Shown here: positions 8,854-17,160 of the stretch, piece by piece
Layout of the letters: each line of letters begins with the position of its first letter
Position numbering within the stretch: the first letter of the stretch is position 1
Assembly (NCBI GenBank): GCA_050015075.1
Contig: JBEKCB010000013.1
Location: forward strand, 1 to 64,000
DNA: 64,000 nt
Source of the DNA: Candidatus Brocadiia bacterium
GTDB taxonomy: Bacteria > Planctomycetota > Brocadiia > CAIUPP01
Reading direction: 5' to 3'
Made by a program: the position numbers and the translations under genes
The notes under the pieces: model-generated
What the model was told of the DNA's origin: nothing
The model's database searches: none
What the model saw: only the letters and a program-made list of their open reading frames with translations

Positions 8854-8890
8854 AAGGGCGCTGGCTGATTCGGCCGGCGCCCTTTTGTTT
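8854..8890 (+). terminator. Intrinsic terminator after paralogue 4
   Basis: AAGGGCGCTGGCTG-ATT-CGGCCGGCGCCCTT followed by TTGTTT. It lies just after the extended stop codon (TAA 8827), not after the TGA. Confidence 0.75.
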
Positions 8891-8900
8891 CTGGCGTGTA

Positions 8901-8991
8901 TCGTACTCGTCCTCGTCCTCGGCCGCACGAAACGGCCGTTCGAGGACGAGGACGAGGACGAGGACGAAAACGGCGACGAGCACGAGGACGA
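8901..8991. repeat. (CTCGTC)n/(GACGAG)n palindromic repeat (second copy at 12080-12166)
   Basis: Inverted hexamer arrays that produce spurious LVLVLV/EDEDED ORFs. Confidence 0.8.
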
Positions 8992-8998
8992 CTGGCGC

Positions 8999-9096
8999 GG
9001 GAGCGGATGGGTCCTGGTGGATCTTGCTCCGCTTCAAACGGAGTGCGGGGCCCTGATAAGGTCCTAGGTGGGTTCGATTCCCACACGCTCCCGCCA
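8999..9096 (+). tRNA. selC: tRNA-Sec (anticodon UCA)
   Basis: 8-position acceptor GGGAGCGG/ACGCTCCC followed by GCCA. 6-bp D stem with a 4-nt TGGT loop. Anticodon arm CTCCG-CTTCAAA-CGGAG with TCA at 9034-9036. Long variable arm and T arm GTGGG-TTCGATT-CCCAC. Confidence 0.97.
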
Positions 9097-9159
9097 ACAT
9101 TAATGACGATGGACGATAGACGAGGGACGATGGACGATGGAAAAAACCGGACAGCGCCA

Positions 9160-9828
9160 ATGGGAGAAACTGCCTTGAGCCGCGACAAGATCCTCGAAGA
9201 ACTCGCCCGAACGGTCGTGGCGATGGACGAAGCCGGGGCCGTGGCCGCCGCGCACAAGGCGCTCGCGGGCGGCGTGGACCCGTACGTGGCGATCAACGAC
9301 GGGCTCGCCGTCGGCATGCGCGAGGTCGGGCGGCTCTACGACACGGGCGAATACTTCGTCCCGGAAATCCTCATCTGCTCCGACGCGATGAACGCCGGGA
9401 TCGCCGTCCTCAAGCCGCACATCCGCCGCGCGCCGGGCCGCGAGCCGGTCACCGTCATCCTCGGCGTCATCGAGGGCGACATCCACGACATCGGCAAGAA
9501 CATCGTCAAGATCATGCTCGACGCCTCCGGCTTCCAGGTCGTGGATCTCGGCCGCGACGTGAGCGCCGAGCGCTTCGTCCAGGCCGCGCGCGAGGCCAAG
9601 CGCGGGCTCGTCGGCCTCTCCACGCTCATGTCCACCACCATGGAGAACATGGGCAAGGTCGTCAGCGGCCTCTCCGACGCCGGGCTGCGGAAGGAGTTCC
9701 GCGTGATGCTCGGCGGCGCGCCCTGCTCGGAGGCCTTCGCGCGCGAGATCGGCGCGGACGGGTTCGGGCGGAACGCCAGGGAGGCGGTCGAACTCGCGGA
9801 ACGGTTGTCCGGGAAATTGGGTGATTAG
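9160..9828 (+). CDS. Methyltransferase-cognate corrinoid (B12-binding) protein, MtaC/MtbC-like
   Basis: Cap domain GLAVGMREVGRLYDTGEYFVPE and B12 motif EGDIHDIGKNIV..DLGRDV..GLSTLM..MLGGAP. The start is ATG 9160 or TTG 9175; the longer ORF-track start overlaps the tRNA. Confidence 0.93.
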   Translation: MGETALSRDKILEELARTVVAMDEAGAVAAAHKALAGGVDPYVAINDGLAVGMREVGRLYDTGEYFVPEILICSDAMNAGIAVLKPHIRRAPGREPVTVILGVIEGDIHDIGKNIVKIMLDASGFQVVDLGRDVSAERFVQAAREAKRGLVGLSTLMSTTMENMGKVVSGLSDAGLRKEFRVMLGGAPCSEAFAREIGADGFGRNAREAVELAERLSGKLGD

Positions 9829-9928
9829 GAGATTGGGAGATTAGGTGATTAGGAAATTAGGAGCTTGGGTGATTGAGTTTGGCGATTTTCGCCACCCAAT
9901 TTCCCAATTTCCTAATCTCCCAATCTCC
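9811..9928. repeat. Inverted octamer array (TTGGGAGA/TCTCCCAA type; similar element at 54441-54551)
   Basis: Tandem ~8-bp units followed by their reverse complements. Confidence 0.75.
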
Positions 9929-9953
9929 AGTTGTGAATCAGCAAGGAACTGAA

Positions 9954-10988
9954 ATGCCCAGTGACAAGATGTCGCCCGCCGAACGCTTCACCGCCTTCCT
10001 CAGCGGCAAGCCGATGGACCGCTTCCTGTGCGTGCCGCTGATCCTCAACCATGCCGCGCGCGTCCTCGGCGTGAAGGTCGGCCGGTACAACCGCGACGGC
10101 CGGCTCATGGGCGAATGCCATGCGGCGGCGTACCGGCGCTACGGGCACGACATGATCGCGATCTTCTCGGATACCGCGATCGTCGCCGAGGCGATGGGCA
10201 CGGAACTTTACTATCCGGAGGACGACGTCCCGCGCGTCGAGCGGCCCGCGCTCGCCGACCCGAAGGACCGCAGCCGGCTCGTCACCGCCGACTGGGCCGA
10301 CCGGGGCAAGCTGCCGGTTTTCTACGAGGCGATCCGCGTCGCGGCCGAGGCGCTCCACGGCGAAGCGCCCATCGGCTGCTGCGTCCCGGCGCCCTTCACC
10401 ACCGCCGCCTGCCTGCGTGGCACCGACCAGCTCGCGCGCGACCTCTACCGGAACCCGGCGCTCGCGCATGAACTGCTCGCCCTCGCGCTCGAAGCGGCGA
10501 AGCAGTTCGCCGGCCGCATCATGGATTCGGGCGGCGTGCCGGTGGTCGTGGACCCGGTCGCCACCGGCAGCGTCCTCGGCCGGCGGCAGTTCGAGGAGTT
10601 CGCGCTGCCGTACCTGAAGCCGCTTCACGCGCACGTCGCCGCGCGCGGGTTCCCGGTGGTCCTGCACATCTGCGGACAGACCGCGCGCACGCTCGATCCC
10701 ATGGCCGAATCCGGCGCGGCGCTGCTGAGCCTGGACGACATCTCGATGGCCGAGGCGCGCGACCGCGTCGGCGGCCGCGTGGCGCTCATGGGCAACGTCC
10801 GGCCCGCGCAGACGCTCCTGAAGGGCAAGCCGGAAGACGTCCTCCGCGAGGTCCGCGACCTGTGCGACATCGGCCGCAAATGCCAGGCCGGTTTCATCCT
10901 CGGCAGCGGCTGCGAAGTCCCCATCGCCAGCCCGCCGGAGAACATAGACGCCATGATGGCCGGCGTCAGAGAATACGGGAGAATGTAG
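9954..10988 (+). CDS. Uroporphyrinogen decarboxylase-fold methyltransferase (MtaA/CmuA family)
   Basis: Zn-binding HICG motif, C-terminal GFILGSGCEVPIASPPENI, GNVRP and APFTTA. Adjacent to the corrinoid protein. Confidence 0.88.
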   Translation: MPSDKMSPAERFTAFLSGKPMDRFLCVPLILNHAARVLGVKVGRYNRDGRLMGECHAAAYRRYGHDMIAIFSDTAIVAEAMGTELYYPEDDVPRVERPALADPKDRSRLVTADWADRGKLPVFYEAIRVAAEALHGEAPIGCCVPAPFTTAACLRGTDQLARDLYRNPALAHELLALALEAAKQFAGRIMDSGGVPVVVDPVATGSVLGRRQFEEFALPYLKPLHAHVAARGFPVVLHICGQTARTLDPMAESGAALLSLDDISMAEARDRVGGRVALMGNVRPAQTLLKGKPEDVLREVRDLCDIGRKCQAGFILGSGCEVPIASPPENIDAMMAGVREYGRM

Positions 10989-11040
10989 CAAGGCGCCGGA
11001 AATACGTCCCATATTTCCCATCAATCACATAGGCCCCATT

Positions 11041-12075
11041 ATGTCCTTCACAGCGCGCAGCCGGCTTACCGGCGCCCTTCGCCGCGAACCGGTGGACCGC
11101 CCGCCGGTCATCTGCCCCGGCGGCATGATGACCATGGCCACCGCATCCGCCATGCGCCGAGTCGGCCGCGCCTGGCCGGCGGCGCACTCCGACGCGCGCG
11201 CGATGGCCGAGATCGTCCTCGCCACGCGCGACGAGACCGGGCTCGAATGCCTCGCCGTCCCGTTCTGCATGACCGTCGAGGCCGAAGCGCTCGGCTGCAC
11301 CGTGGACATGGGCAGCGCAACCGTGCTCCCGCACGTCGCGGTCGAATGCATCCGCGATCCGGCGGAGGTCGGCGGCCTGCCGGAGTTCAACCCGGAGCGC
11401 TCCGGCCGCGCGCCGGTGGTGCTCGAGGCGATCGAGCGGCTGAAGAGCGCCTGCGCCGGCGCCCCGGTCCTCGGCGGCGTGCTCGGCCCGGTCACGCTCG
11501 CGGCGATGATCATGGATGCCGGCCTCTTCCTGCGCCTGACGCGGCGCGACCCGGCCGCCGCCGAACAATTCATCGCCGCCCTGGAGCCGGTCGTGGTCCG
11601 GTTCGCGCTCGCGCAGCACGCCGCCGGAGCCGACTGCGTCACCGTGGCCGAGCCTTCGGCCACCGGCGAAGTGCTCGGCGGAAAGCACTTCGAGAAGCTC
11701 GCCGCGCCCGCGCTCGTCCGCGTCCTCCGCGCCTTGCGCGACGGCGGGGCATCGCCTATACTGCATATATGCGGCGACCTGCGGCCGATCCTGCCGCAGG
11801 TGGCGCTCATCGCGCGCAAGCTCGACGCGCCGCTGGCGCTCAGCGTGGACGCGATGGTCAGCGGGCGCGACTTGCAGGCGGCGCTGCCGGAGGTCGTGCG
11901 CGTCGGGAACGTGGACGCGCTCCTGCTGCAGCGCGAAGATGTCGCAACGGTTGAGCGCGTGGCGCGCGCGGCGGCGCTCGATTTCGACATCCTCTCGCCC
12001 GCCTGCGGCCTGGTCCCCACGACGCCGGCGGAAAACCTGCGGGCGATGGTCCGCGCGGCGCAGCGGCAATTATAA
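11041..12075 (+). CDS. Methylcobamide methyltransferase (MtaA/MtbA family)
   Basis: DRPPVICPGGMM, VPFCMTVEAEALGC, LHICG and SPACGL. Confidence 0.9.
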   Translation: MSFTARSRLTGALRREPVDRPPVICPGGMMTMATASAMRRVGRAWPAAHSDARAMAEIVLATRDETGLECLAVPFCMTVEAEALGCTVDMGSATVLPHVAVECIRDPAEVGGLPEFNPERSGRAPVVLEAIERLKSACAGAPVLGGVLGPVTLAAMIMDAGLFLRLTRRDPAAAEQFIAALEPVVVRFALAQHAAGADCVTVAEPSATGEVLGGKHFEKLAAPALVRVLRALRDGGASPILHICGDLRPILPQVALIARKLDAPLALSVDAMVSGRDLQAALPEVVRVGNVDALLLQREDVATVERVARAAALDFDILSPACGLVPTTPAENLRAMVRAAQRQL

Positions 12076-12212
12076 GCGCATCGTACTCGTCCTCGTCGTC
12101 GTCCTCGTCCTCGGCCGTTCAGAACGGCGATTCGAGGACGAGGACGACGACGAGGACGATTACGATAGGTTGCGATTAACGCGCGTCGTATCCTCTGATG
12201 AGAGCCTTGTGA

Positions 12213-13115
12213 ATGAAGCCAAGACCTGAAATCGGAATATGGGGTCGGCGCTTCCCGACGCAGATCGTCTCGCTGATCGCCTTCAACGGTTACTTCTGGC
12301 GCGGGCCGGGAAAGTGGTTCTGCCTGCCGGTCCTGAACTGCTACGCCTGCCCGGTCGGAACGGTCGCCTGCCCGATCGGTAGCCTGACGGCGTTCGCGCT
12401 GGCGCGGAGGATCCCGTTTTACGCCCTGGGACTCCTCGGTGTCATCGGAGTGGCCGTCGGCCGCGCGTTCTGCGGATGGGCCTGCCCGTTCGGGCTTTTC
12501 CAGGACCTGCTGTACCGCATCCGCTCGTTCAAGTTCCGGCTGCCGCGCGCGGCGAACGCGCTGAAGTACGCGCTGCTGGTCGTGCTGGCGCTGGGGCTGC
12601 CGCTGATTATGGGCGGCGGAAAGCGGACCGGCTCCGAGGACCGGATCACCGGCGAGAAGACCGGCGCGCTGGACTATTGCTCGCTGGTCTGCCCGGCCGG
12701 GACGCTCGAAGGCGGCGTGCCGGTCCTGGCGGCGAGCGCCTCGGTGCGCGCGCAAGCCTCGTGGCGAACCTGGAGCAAGATCGGTCTCGCGGTGGGCATT
12801 CTCGGCCTGACGGTCGTCGCGCGCAGGAGCTTCTGCCGCGCGCTCTGTCCGCTCGGCGCGCTGATGGCGCTCACCTCGCGCGTCTCGATGATGCAGTTGC
12901 ACACCGAGGACAAGCTCTGCACGCGCTGCATGCGCTGCGTCAAAGTCTGTCCCACGTACGCGCGGCATCTGCCGTTCAAGCAGTTCAAGACCGAGGCCAC
13001 CGTCGAATGCGTGATGTGCCTCGACTGCGTCCGCAACTGCCCGGAGAAAGGCGCGCTCTCCGCGCGGATGGGCGGGAAATCTTTCTCCGTCAGCGAAGGG
13101 AGGACCCGTGAGTAG
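12213..13115 (+). CDS. Membrane 4Fe-4S binding protein (NapH/MauN-like polyferredoxin)
   Basis: LNCYACP, GRAFCGWACPFG, FCRALCPLG, two CxxCxxCxxxCP motifs and several TM helices. Confidence 0.9.
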   Translation: MKPRPEIGIWGRRFPTQIVSLIAFNGYFWRGPGKWFCLPVLNCYACPVGTVACPIGSLTAFALARRIPFYALGLLGVIGVAVGRAFCGWACPFGLFQDLLYRIRSFKFRLPRAANALKYALLVVLALGLPLIMGGGKRTGSEDRITGEKTGALDYCSLVCPAGTLEGGVPVLAASASVRAQASWRTWSKIGLAVGILGLTVVARRSFCRALCPLGALMALTSRVSMMQLHTEDKLCTRCMRCVKVCPTYARHLPFKQFKTEATVECVMCLDCVRNCPEKGALSARMGGKSFSVSEGRTRE

Positions 13116-13254
13116 AAGAGACTGGATCGTCGCCGCGGCGCTGACGCTGCTGTTCGCGGCCCTGCTGACGTACGGCCTGAGCCAGGGCGACGCGGGCTAC
13201 GTGCGCCAGAACGCCTCAGAGAATTTCTGCTTCTCCTGAGCGCTCGGCGAATGA
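13108..13254 (+). CDS. Small membrane protein with C-x-x-U (CD1871A-like CXXC family; Sec at TGA 13237-13239), 48 aa
   Basis: GGAGG RBS and a GTG start overlapping the upstream stop. Reads MSRRDWIVAAALTLLFAALLTYGLSQGDAGYVRQNASENFCFS-U-ALGE. Perfect hairpin GACCGCGC-GTG-GCGCGGTC at 13253-13271. Absent from the ORF track. Confidence 0.75.
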
Positions 13255-13386
13255 CCGCGCGTGGCGCGGTCGAACGACGGTAAGTTTTGCCGCAAAGAGG
13301 CGCAAGAAGCGCAAGGATCATTGAAATTCCGTGCCTCTTGCGCCTCTTTGCGGCTAAGCGGTTCTTCTGTGCCGGAGGCAAGCTGA

Positions 13387-14790
13387 ATGTCGGACGATTC
13401 CGCGCTCCTGCGCCAGTTGCCGCGCGTGGACGACTTGCTCGTCCATCCGCGAATGGCCGCGGTTCCGGCGGCGCATGCGCTGGCTTTGAAGGCCGCGCGC
13501 GAGGCGGTGGCCGAGACGCGCGCGCGGCTTCTGGCGGGCGAAAGCGCGGTGGACGCGAGCGCCGACGCCGTCGCGGCGCGCGCCGCGGAGATCCTCGAAC
13601 GCGCCGCCGCGCGCAGCCTGCGCCGCGCCGTCAACGCCACCGGCGTCCTGCTCCACACCAACCTCGGCCGCGCGCCGCTCTCGGACGCCGCGCAGCGGGC
13701 GCTCGCCGACGTCGCCGGCGGGTTCTGCAACGTGCAGGCGGACCTCGGCTCCGGCCGCCGCTCCGAGCGCGAGGACCACGTGCAGGGCCTCTTCCAGGCG
13801 CTCACCGGCGCGGAGGCGGCGCTCGTCGTCAACAACAACGCCGCCGCGACCGTGCTGGCGCTCAACACGCTCGCCGCCGGGCGCGAGGTGATCGTCTCGC
13901 GCGGCGAGATGGTCGAGATCGGCGGCGCGTTCCGCATCCCGGAAATCCTCAAGCTCGCCGGCTGCCGGCTCGTCGAGGTCGGCTGCACCAACCGCACTCA
14001 CCTGCGCGATTACGAGCGCGCCCTCACGCCCGAGACCGCGCTGATCCTCTCGGTCCACCAGAGCAACTATCGCATCGTCGGGTTCGCCGAGCAGACGCCC
14101 GTGCGCGAGCTGGCCGAGCTGGCGCACGCCCGCGGGATTCCCTGCGCGCACGACCTCGGCAGCGGCGCGCTGCTCGACCTGCGCGCCTACGGCCTGCCGC
14201 ACGAGCCGACCGCGCCGGAGAGCCTGGCCGCCGGCGCGGACGTGACGCTCTTCAGCGGCGACAAGCTGCTCGGCGGACCGCAGTGCGGCATCCTCCTCGG
14301 CAAAAAGGCGCCGCTGGCGGCGATGCACAAGAACCCGTTCTACCGCGCGTTCCGCGTCGGCAAGCTGACCCTGGCCGCGCTCGAGGCGACGCTGCGTCTC
14401 TTCCTCGAGCCGGAGACGCTGCTCGAGAAGCACCGGCTTATGTCTCTGCTGACGGCCCCGCTCGAAGGAATCCGCCGCCGCGCCGAGTCGCTCGCGCAGG
14501 AAATCGCCGCCTCGTGCGCCGGCTGGCTGGCGGCCGAGGCGCAGGCGGGCGAATCGGAAATCGGCGGCGGCTCGCTCGCCGGATATCCGATCCCGACCGT
14601 CGTGGTCCGCCTGAGCCCGAAGGGCCTCTCACCCGACGACTTGGCCGCGCGCCTGCGCCAGTCCGACCCGCCGATCTTCACCCGCGTCCACGAAGGCTGC
14701 GTGCTCCTCGACGTGCGGACCATGCTTCCCGGCGAAGAGCGGCTCATCGTCGAGGCGCTGAAGCGGATCGGGGCTAAGGTCCAGCAATGA
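13387..14790 (+). CDS. selA: L-seryl-tRNA(Sec) selenium transferase
   Basis: LRQLPRVD, NATGVLLHTNLGRAPL, VVNNNAAA, SRGEMVEIGGAFRIP, EVGCTNRT, DLGSG and the PLP lysine motif FSGDKLLGGPQ. Confidence 0.98.
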   Translation: MSDDSALLRQLPRVDDLLVHPRMAAVPAAHALALKAAREAVAETRARLLAGESAVDASADAVAARAAEILERAAARSLRRAVNATGVLLHTNLGRAPLSDAAQRALADVAGGFCNVQADLGSGRRSEREDHVQGLFQALTGAEAALVVNNNAAATVLALNTLAAGREVIVSRGEMVEIGGAFRIPEILKLAGCRLVEVGCTNRTHLRDYERALTPETALILSVHQSNYRIVGFAEQTPVRELAELAHARGIPCAHDLGSGALLDLRAYGLPHEPTAPESLAAGADVTLFSGDKLLGGPQCGILLGKKAPLAAMHKNPFYRAFRVGKLTLAALEATLRLFLEPETLLEKHRLMSLLTAPLEGIRRRAESLAQEIAASCAGWLAAEAQAGESEIGGGSLAGYPIPTVVVRLSPKGLSPDDLAARLRQSDPPIFTRVHEGCVLLDVRTMLPGEERLIVEALKRIGAKVQQ

Positions 14791-15200
14791 GGACACTTGT
14801 AAGACTTTCCGCAGTCCTGCCGATCGTCTTATTCCTTTGTGGATGCATGACGCCGGATATTGTCGTAGTTGACGATGAAGGCGTTCCGGTGGCAGGTGCT
14901 TCGATAACGTACCACTCTCTTTCAATCAGCGGCCCAACAACGACAGATAGGCGAGGAGGCGCTTCGATTCCCTGGGCCCTGCAAGAGATCAAGTGGATTT
15001 CGGTGGCAAAACAAGGCTATGCCTTCGTATGGGCTTCGGGGATGAACAAGGTTGACGTGAATCAACCGAAGTATTTTAACCTGCCGGTCCTGAACGTTGA
15101 GGTGAATCAGCCGGAGCCTATCAAGCGACCGCCTACCGCGTCGCCCTTCGTTGACGTAAATCAACCGAAGCCTATCAAGATAGTCTTGAAGAAATATTGA
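14787..15200 (+). CDS. Hypothetical lipoprotein with three V(D/E)VNQP repeats
   Basis: Lipobox LFLCGC and a VVDDEGVPVAGASI beta-sandwich-like start. Visibly lower GC than the flanks. ATGA overlap with selA. Confidence 0.65.
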   Translation: MRTLVRLSAVLPIVLFLCGCMTPDIVVVDDEGVPVAGASITYHSLSISGPTTTDRRGGASIPWALQEIKWISVAKQGYAFVWASGMNKVDVNQPKYFNLPVLNVEVNQPEPIKRPPTASPFVDVNQPKPIKIVLKKY

Positions 15201-15234
15201 GCTACGAACCACTTTGGAAATTGGAAATTAGAAC

Positions 15235-17145
15235 TTGGATATTCCTCCGCGCCACATCATCTTCGGCACCGCCGGGCACGTGGACCATGGGAAGTCCATG
15301 CTGGTCCTGGCGCTGACCGGGACCGATCCGGACCGGCTGGCCGAGGAGAAGGCGCGCGAGATGACGATTGATCTCGGCTTCGCTTTCCTCCCGCTGCCCG
15401 GGATCGCCGGCGCCGTCGCGATCGTGGACGTGCCCGGGCACGAGATGTTCCTGCGCAACATGGTGGCGGGCGCGACCGGGATTGACGCGGCGATGCTCGT
15501 GATCGCGTGCGACGAAGGGGTGATGCCGCAGACCGTCGAACACCTCGACGTCTTGCGCTGCCTGCGCATCTCCGAAGGCGTCATCGTCCTGACCAAGGCC
15601 GACAAATCGCCGGACCTGATCCCGGCGGTGACCGAGGAGGCGCGCGAGCTGGTGCGCGGGACGTTCCTGGAGAAGGCGCGGGCCATCCCGGTCTCGTCGG
15701 TGACCGGCGAAGGGCTGCCTGCGCTCAAGGAAGAGCTGGCGCGGATCGCCGCGCGCGTGCAGGCGCGCTCGGCCGAGGGGATCTTCCGCCTGCCGATTGA
15801 CCGCGTCTTCACGCTCAAGGGCGTCGGCACCGTCGTCACCGGCACGGTGATCTCCGGCTCGCTGAAGACCGGCGAGACGGTCGCCTGCCTGCCGCAGAAT
15901 TCGGCGCTGCGCGTGCGCGGGCTCCAGGTGCACAACGAGGCGGCGGCGGAGGTCTTCGCCGGCCAGCGCGCGGCGATCAACTTGGCGGACGCGTCGAAGG
16001 AGGACCTGGAGCGCGGCAATGTCCTCGCCGCGCCGGGCATGCTGGCGCCGACGCTGATGGCCGACGTGCGGCTGGAGCTTTCGCTCCGGTCGCCGAAGCC
16101 GCTGGCGCAGCGCGCGCGGGTGCGCATCCATCACGGGACCAGCGAGCTGATGGCGCGCGTGGTGCTGCTCGACCGGGAGTCGCTGCCGGCCGGCGAGTCG
16201 GCGCTGGTGCAGTTGCGTTTCGAGTCGCCGCTGGTCGCAGCCGCCGGCGACCCGTTCGTCGTCCGCTCGTATTCGCCGATGTTCGTCATCGGCGGCGGCA
16301 GCGTCGTGGACCCGCATCCGCCCAAGCGCCGGAAAGCCGCCGGCGCGGAGGACGTGGCGAAGCGCGAGAGTTCACCGGTCGCCGATGTGATCCTTGACGC
16401 GCTTGACCGCGCCGGCGCGCGCGGGGTGGAGTTCGCCCGGCTCCGGATCCATTGCGGGATCGGCGACGACGCGCTCCGGTCCGCGCTGGCCGGGATGAAA
16501 ACGGACGCGCTCGCCGCCGACGGCCGCCGCGATGTCTGGTTCAGCGCCGGCGCGCTCCGCGAGATGCAGGCGGCGATCACCGCGCGGCTGGCGCGCCTGC
16601 ACGCCGAGGAGCCGCTGCGCCCGTTCGCCGCGCTCAACCAGGTCTCCGCCGGCGCCGCGCCCACGCCGGAGTCGCGCGAGTGCTTCCGCCTGGCGCTCGA
16701 CGGACTGCGCGACCGCGGCGAAGTGATCGCCGCCGGCGAGCGGCTGCGCCTGGCGACTCACCAGCCGCAGTGGGTCGGCCGCTACGCGGCGGTTCGCGAG
16801 AAGCTGCTGGCGCAGTCCCGCGAGAGCGGCCTGGCCGTGCCGGCCGTCGCCGAATGGGCGCCACGAGTCGGGCTGTCCGAGCCGGACTGCCGGCGCTCGC
16901 TCGACGCCCTGGCCGAGGCGGGCGAATTAGTCCTGCTCGCCCCCGGCATTTATGTCCACCCCGAGTGTTTCAGCGGCGCGCGCGACCGGGTGAAGGAATT
17001 CCTGGCGAAGAACGGCCGAATGAATATCGCGCAGGCGCGCGATCTGCTCAGCGCCTCGCGCAAGTACCTGCTCCCGTTCCTCGAAGAACTGGACCGGCAG
17101 CGCGTCACCGCGCGGCAGGGCGACTTCCGGGTTCCCGCTTCTTGA
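15235..17145 (+). CDS. selB: Selenocysteine-specific translation elongation factor
   Basis: GTAGHVDHGKS, EEKAREMTIDLGFA, DVPGHE, NMVAGATG and TKAD. C-terminal winged helix SRKYLLPFLEELD..T.RQGD.R. Confidence 0.98.
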   Translation: MDIPPRHIIFGTAGHVDHGKSMLVLALTGTDPDRLAEEKAREMTIDLGFAFLPLPGIAGAVAIVDVPGHEMFLRNMVAGATGIDAAMLVIACDEGVMPQTVEHLDVLRCLRISEGVIVLTKADKSPDLIPAVTEEARELVRGTFLEKARAIPVSSVTGEGLPALKEELARIAARVQARSAEGIFRLPIDRVFTLKGVGTVVTGTVISGSLKTGETVACLPQNSALRVRGLQVHNEAAAEVFAGQRAAINLADASKEDLERGNVLAAPGMLAPTLMADVRLELSLRSPKPLAQRARVRIHHGTSELMARVVLLDRESLPAGESALVQLRFESPLVAAAGDPFVVRSYSPMFVIGGGSVVDPHPPKRRKAAGAEDVAKRESSPVADVILDALDRAGARGVEFARLRIHCGIGDDALRSALAGMKTDALAADGRRDVWFSAGALREMQAAITARLARLHAEEPLRPFAALNQVSAGAAPTPESRECFRLALDGLRDRGEVIAAGERLRLATHQPQWVGRYAAVREKLLAQSRESGLAVPAVAEWAPRVGLSEPDCRRSLDALAEAGELVLLAPGIYVHPECFSGARDRVKEFLAKNGRMNIAQARDLLSASRKYLLPFLEELDRQRVTARQGDFRVPAS

Positions 17146-17160
17146 ATTGCGGAGGGAAAG

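Noticed and set aside
8896-9159. N-terminal extension of the corrinoid ORF and the EDEDED/LVLVLV ORFs
   Set aside because: They overlap tRNA-Sec and simple-repeat palindromes.
9160-13115. hgcAB mercury-methylation pair
   Set aside because: The corrinoid protein is the DxHxxG Rossmann type without the HgcA N(V/I)WCA motif, and the ferredoxin is a membrane NapH-like protein.
13252-13254. Second Sec in the micro-protein
   Set aside because: This TGA overlaps the base of the hairpin, and the downstream frame runs into a palindromic repeat. Treated as the stop.
9080-17145. Integrative element inserted at tRNA-Sec
   Set aside because: No integrase, no duplicated tRNA 3' end seen, and mostly host-like composition.
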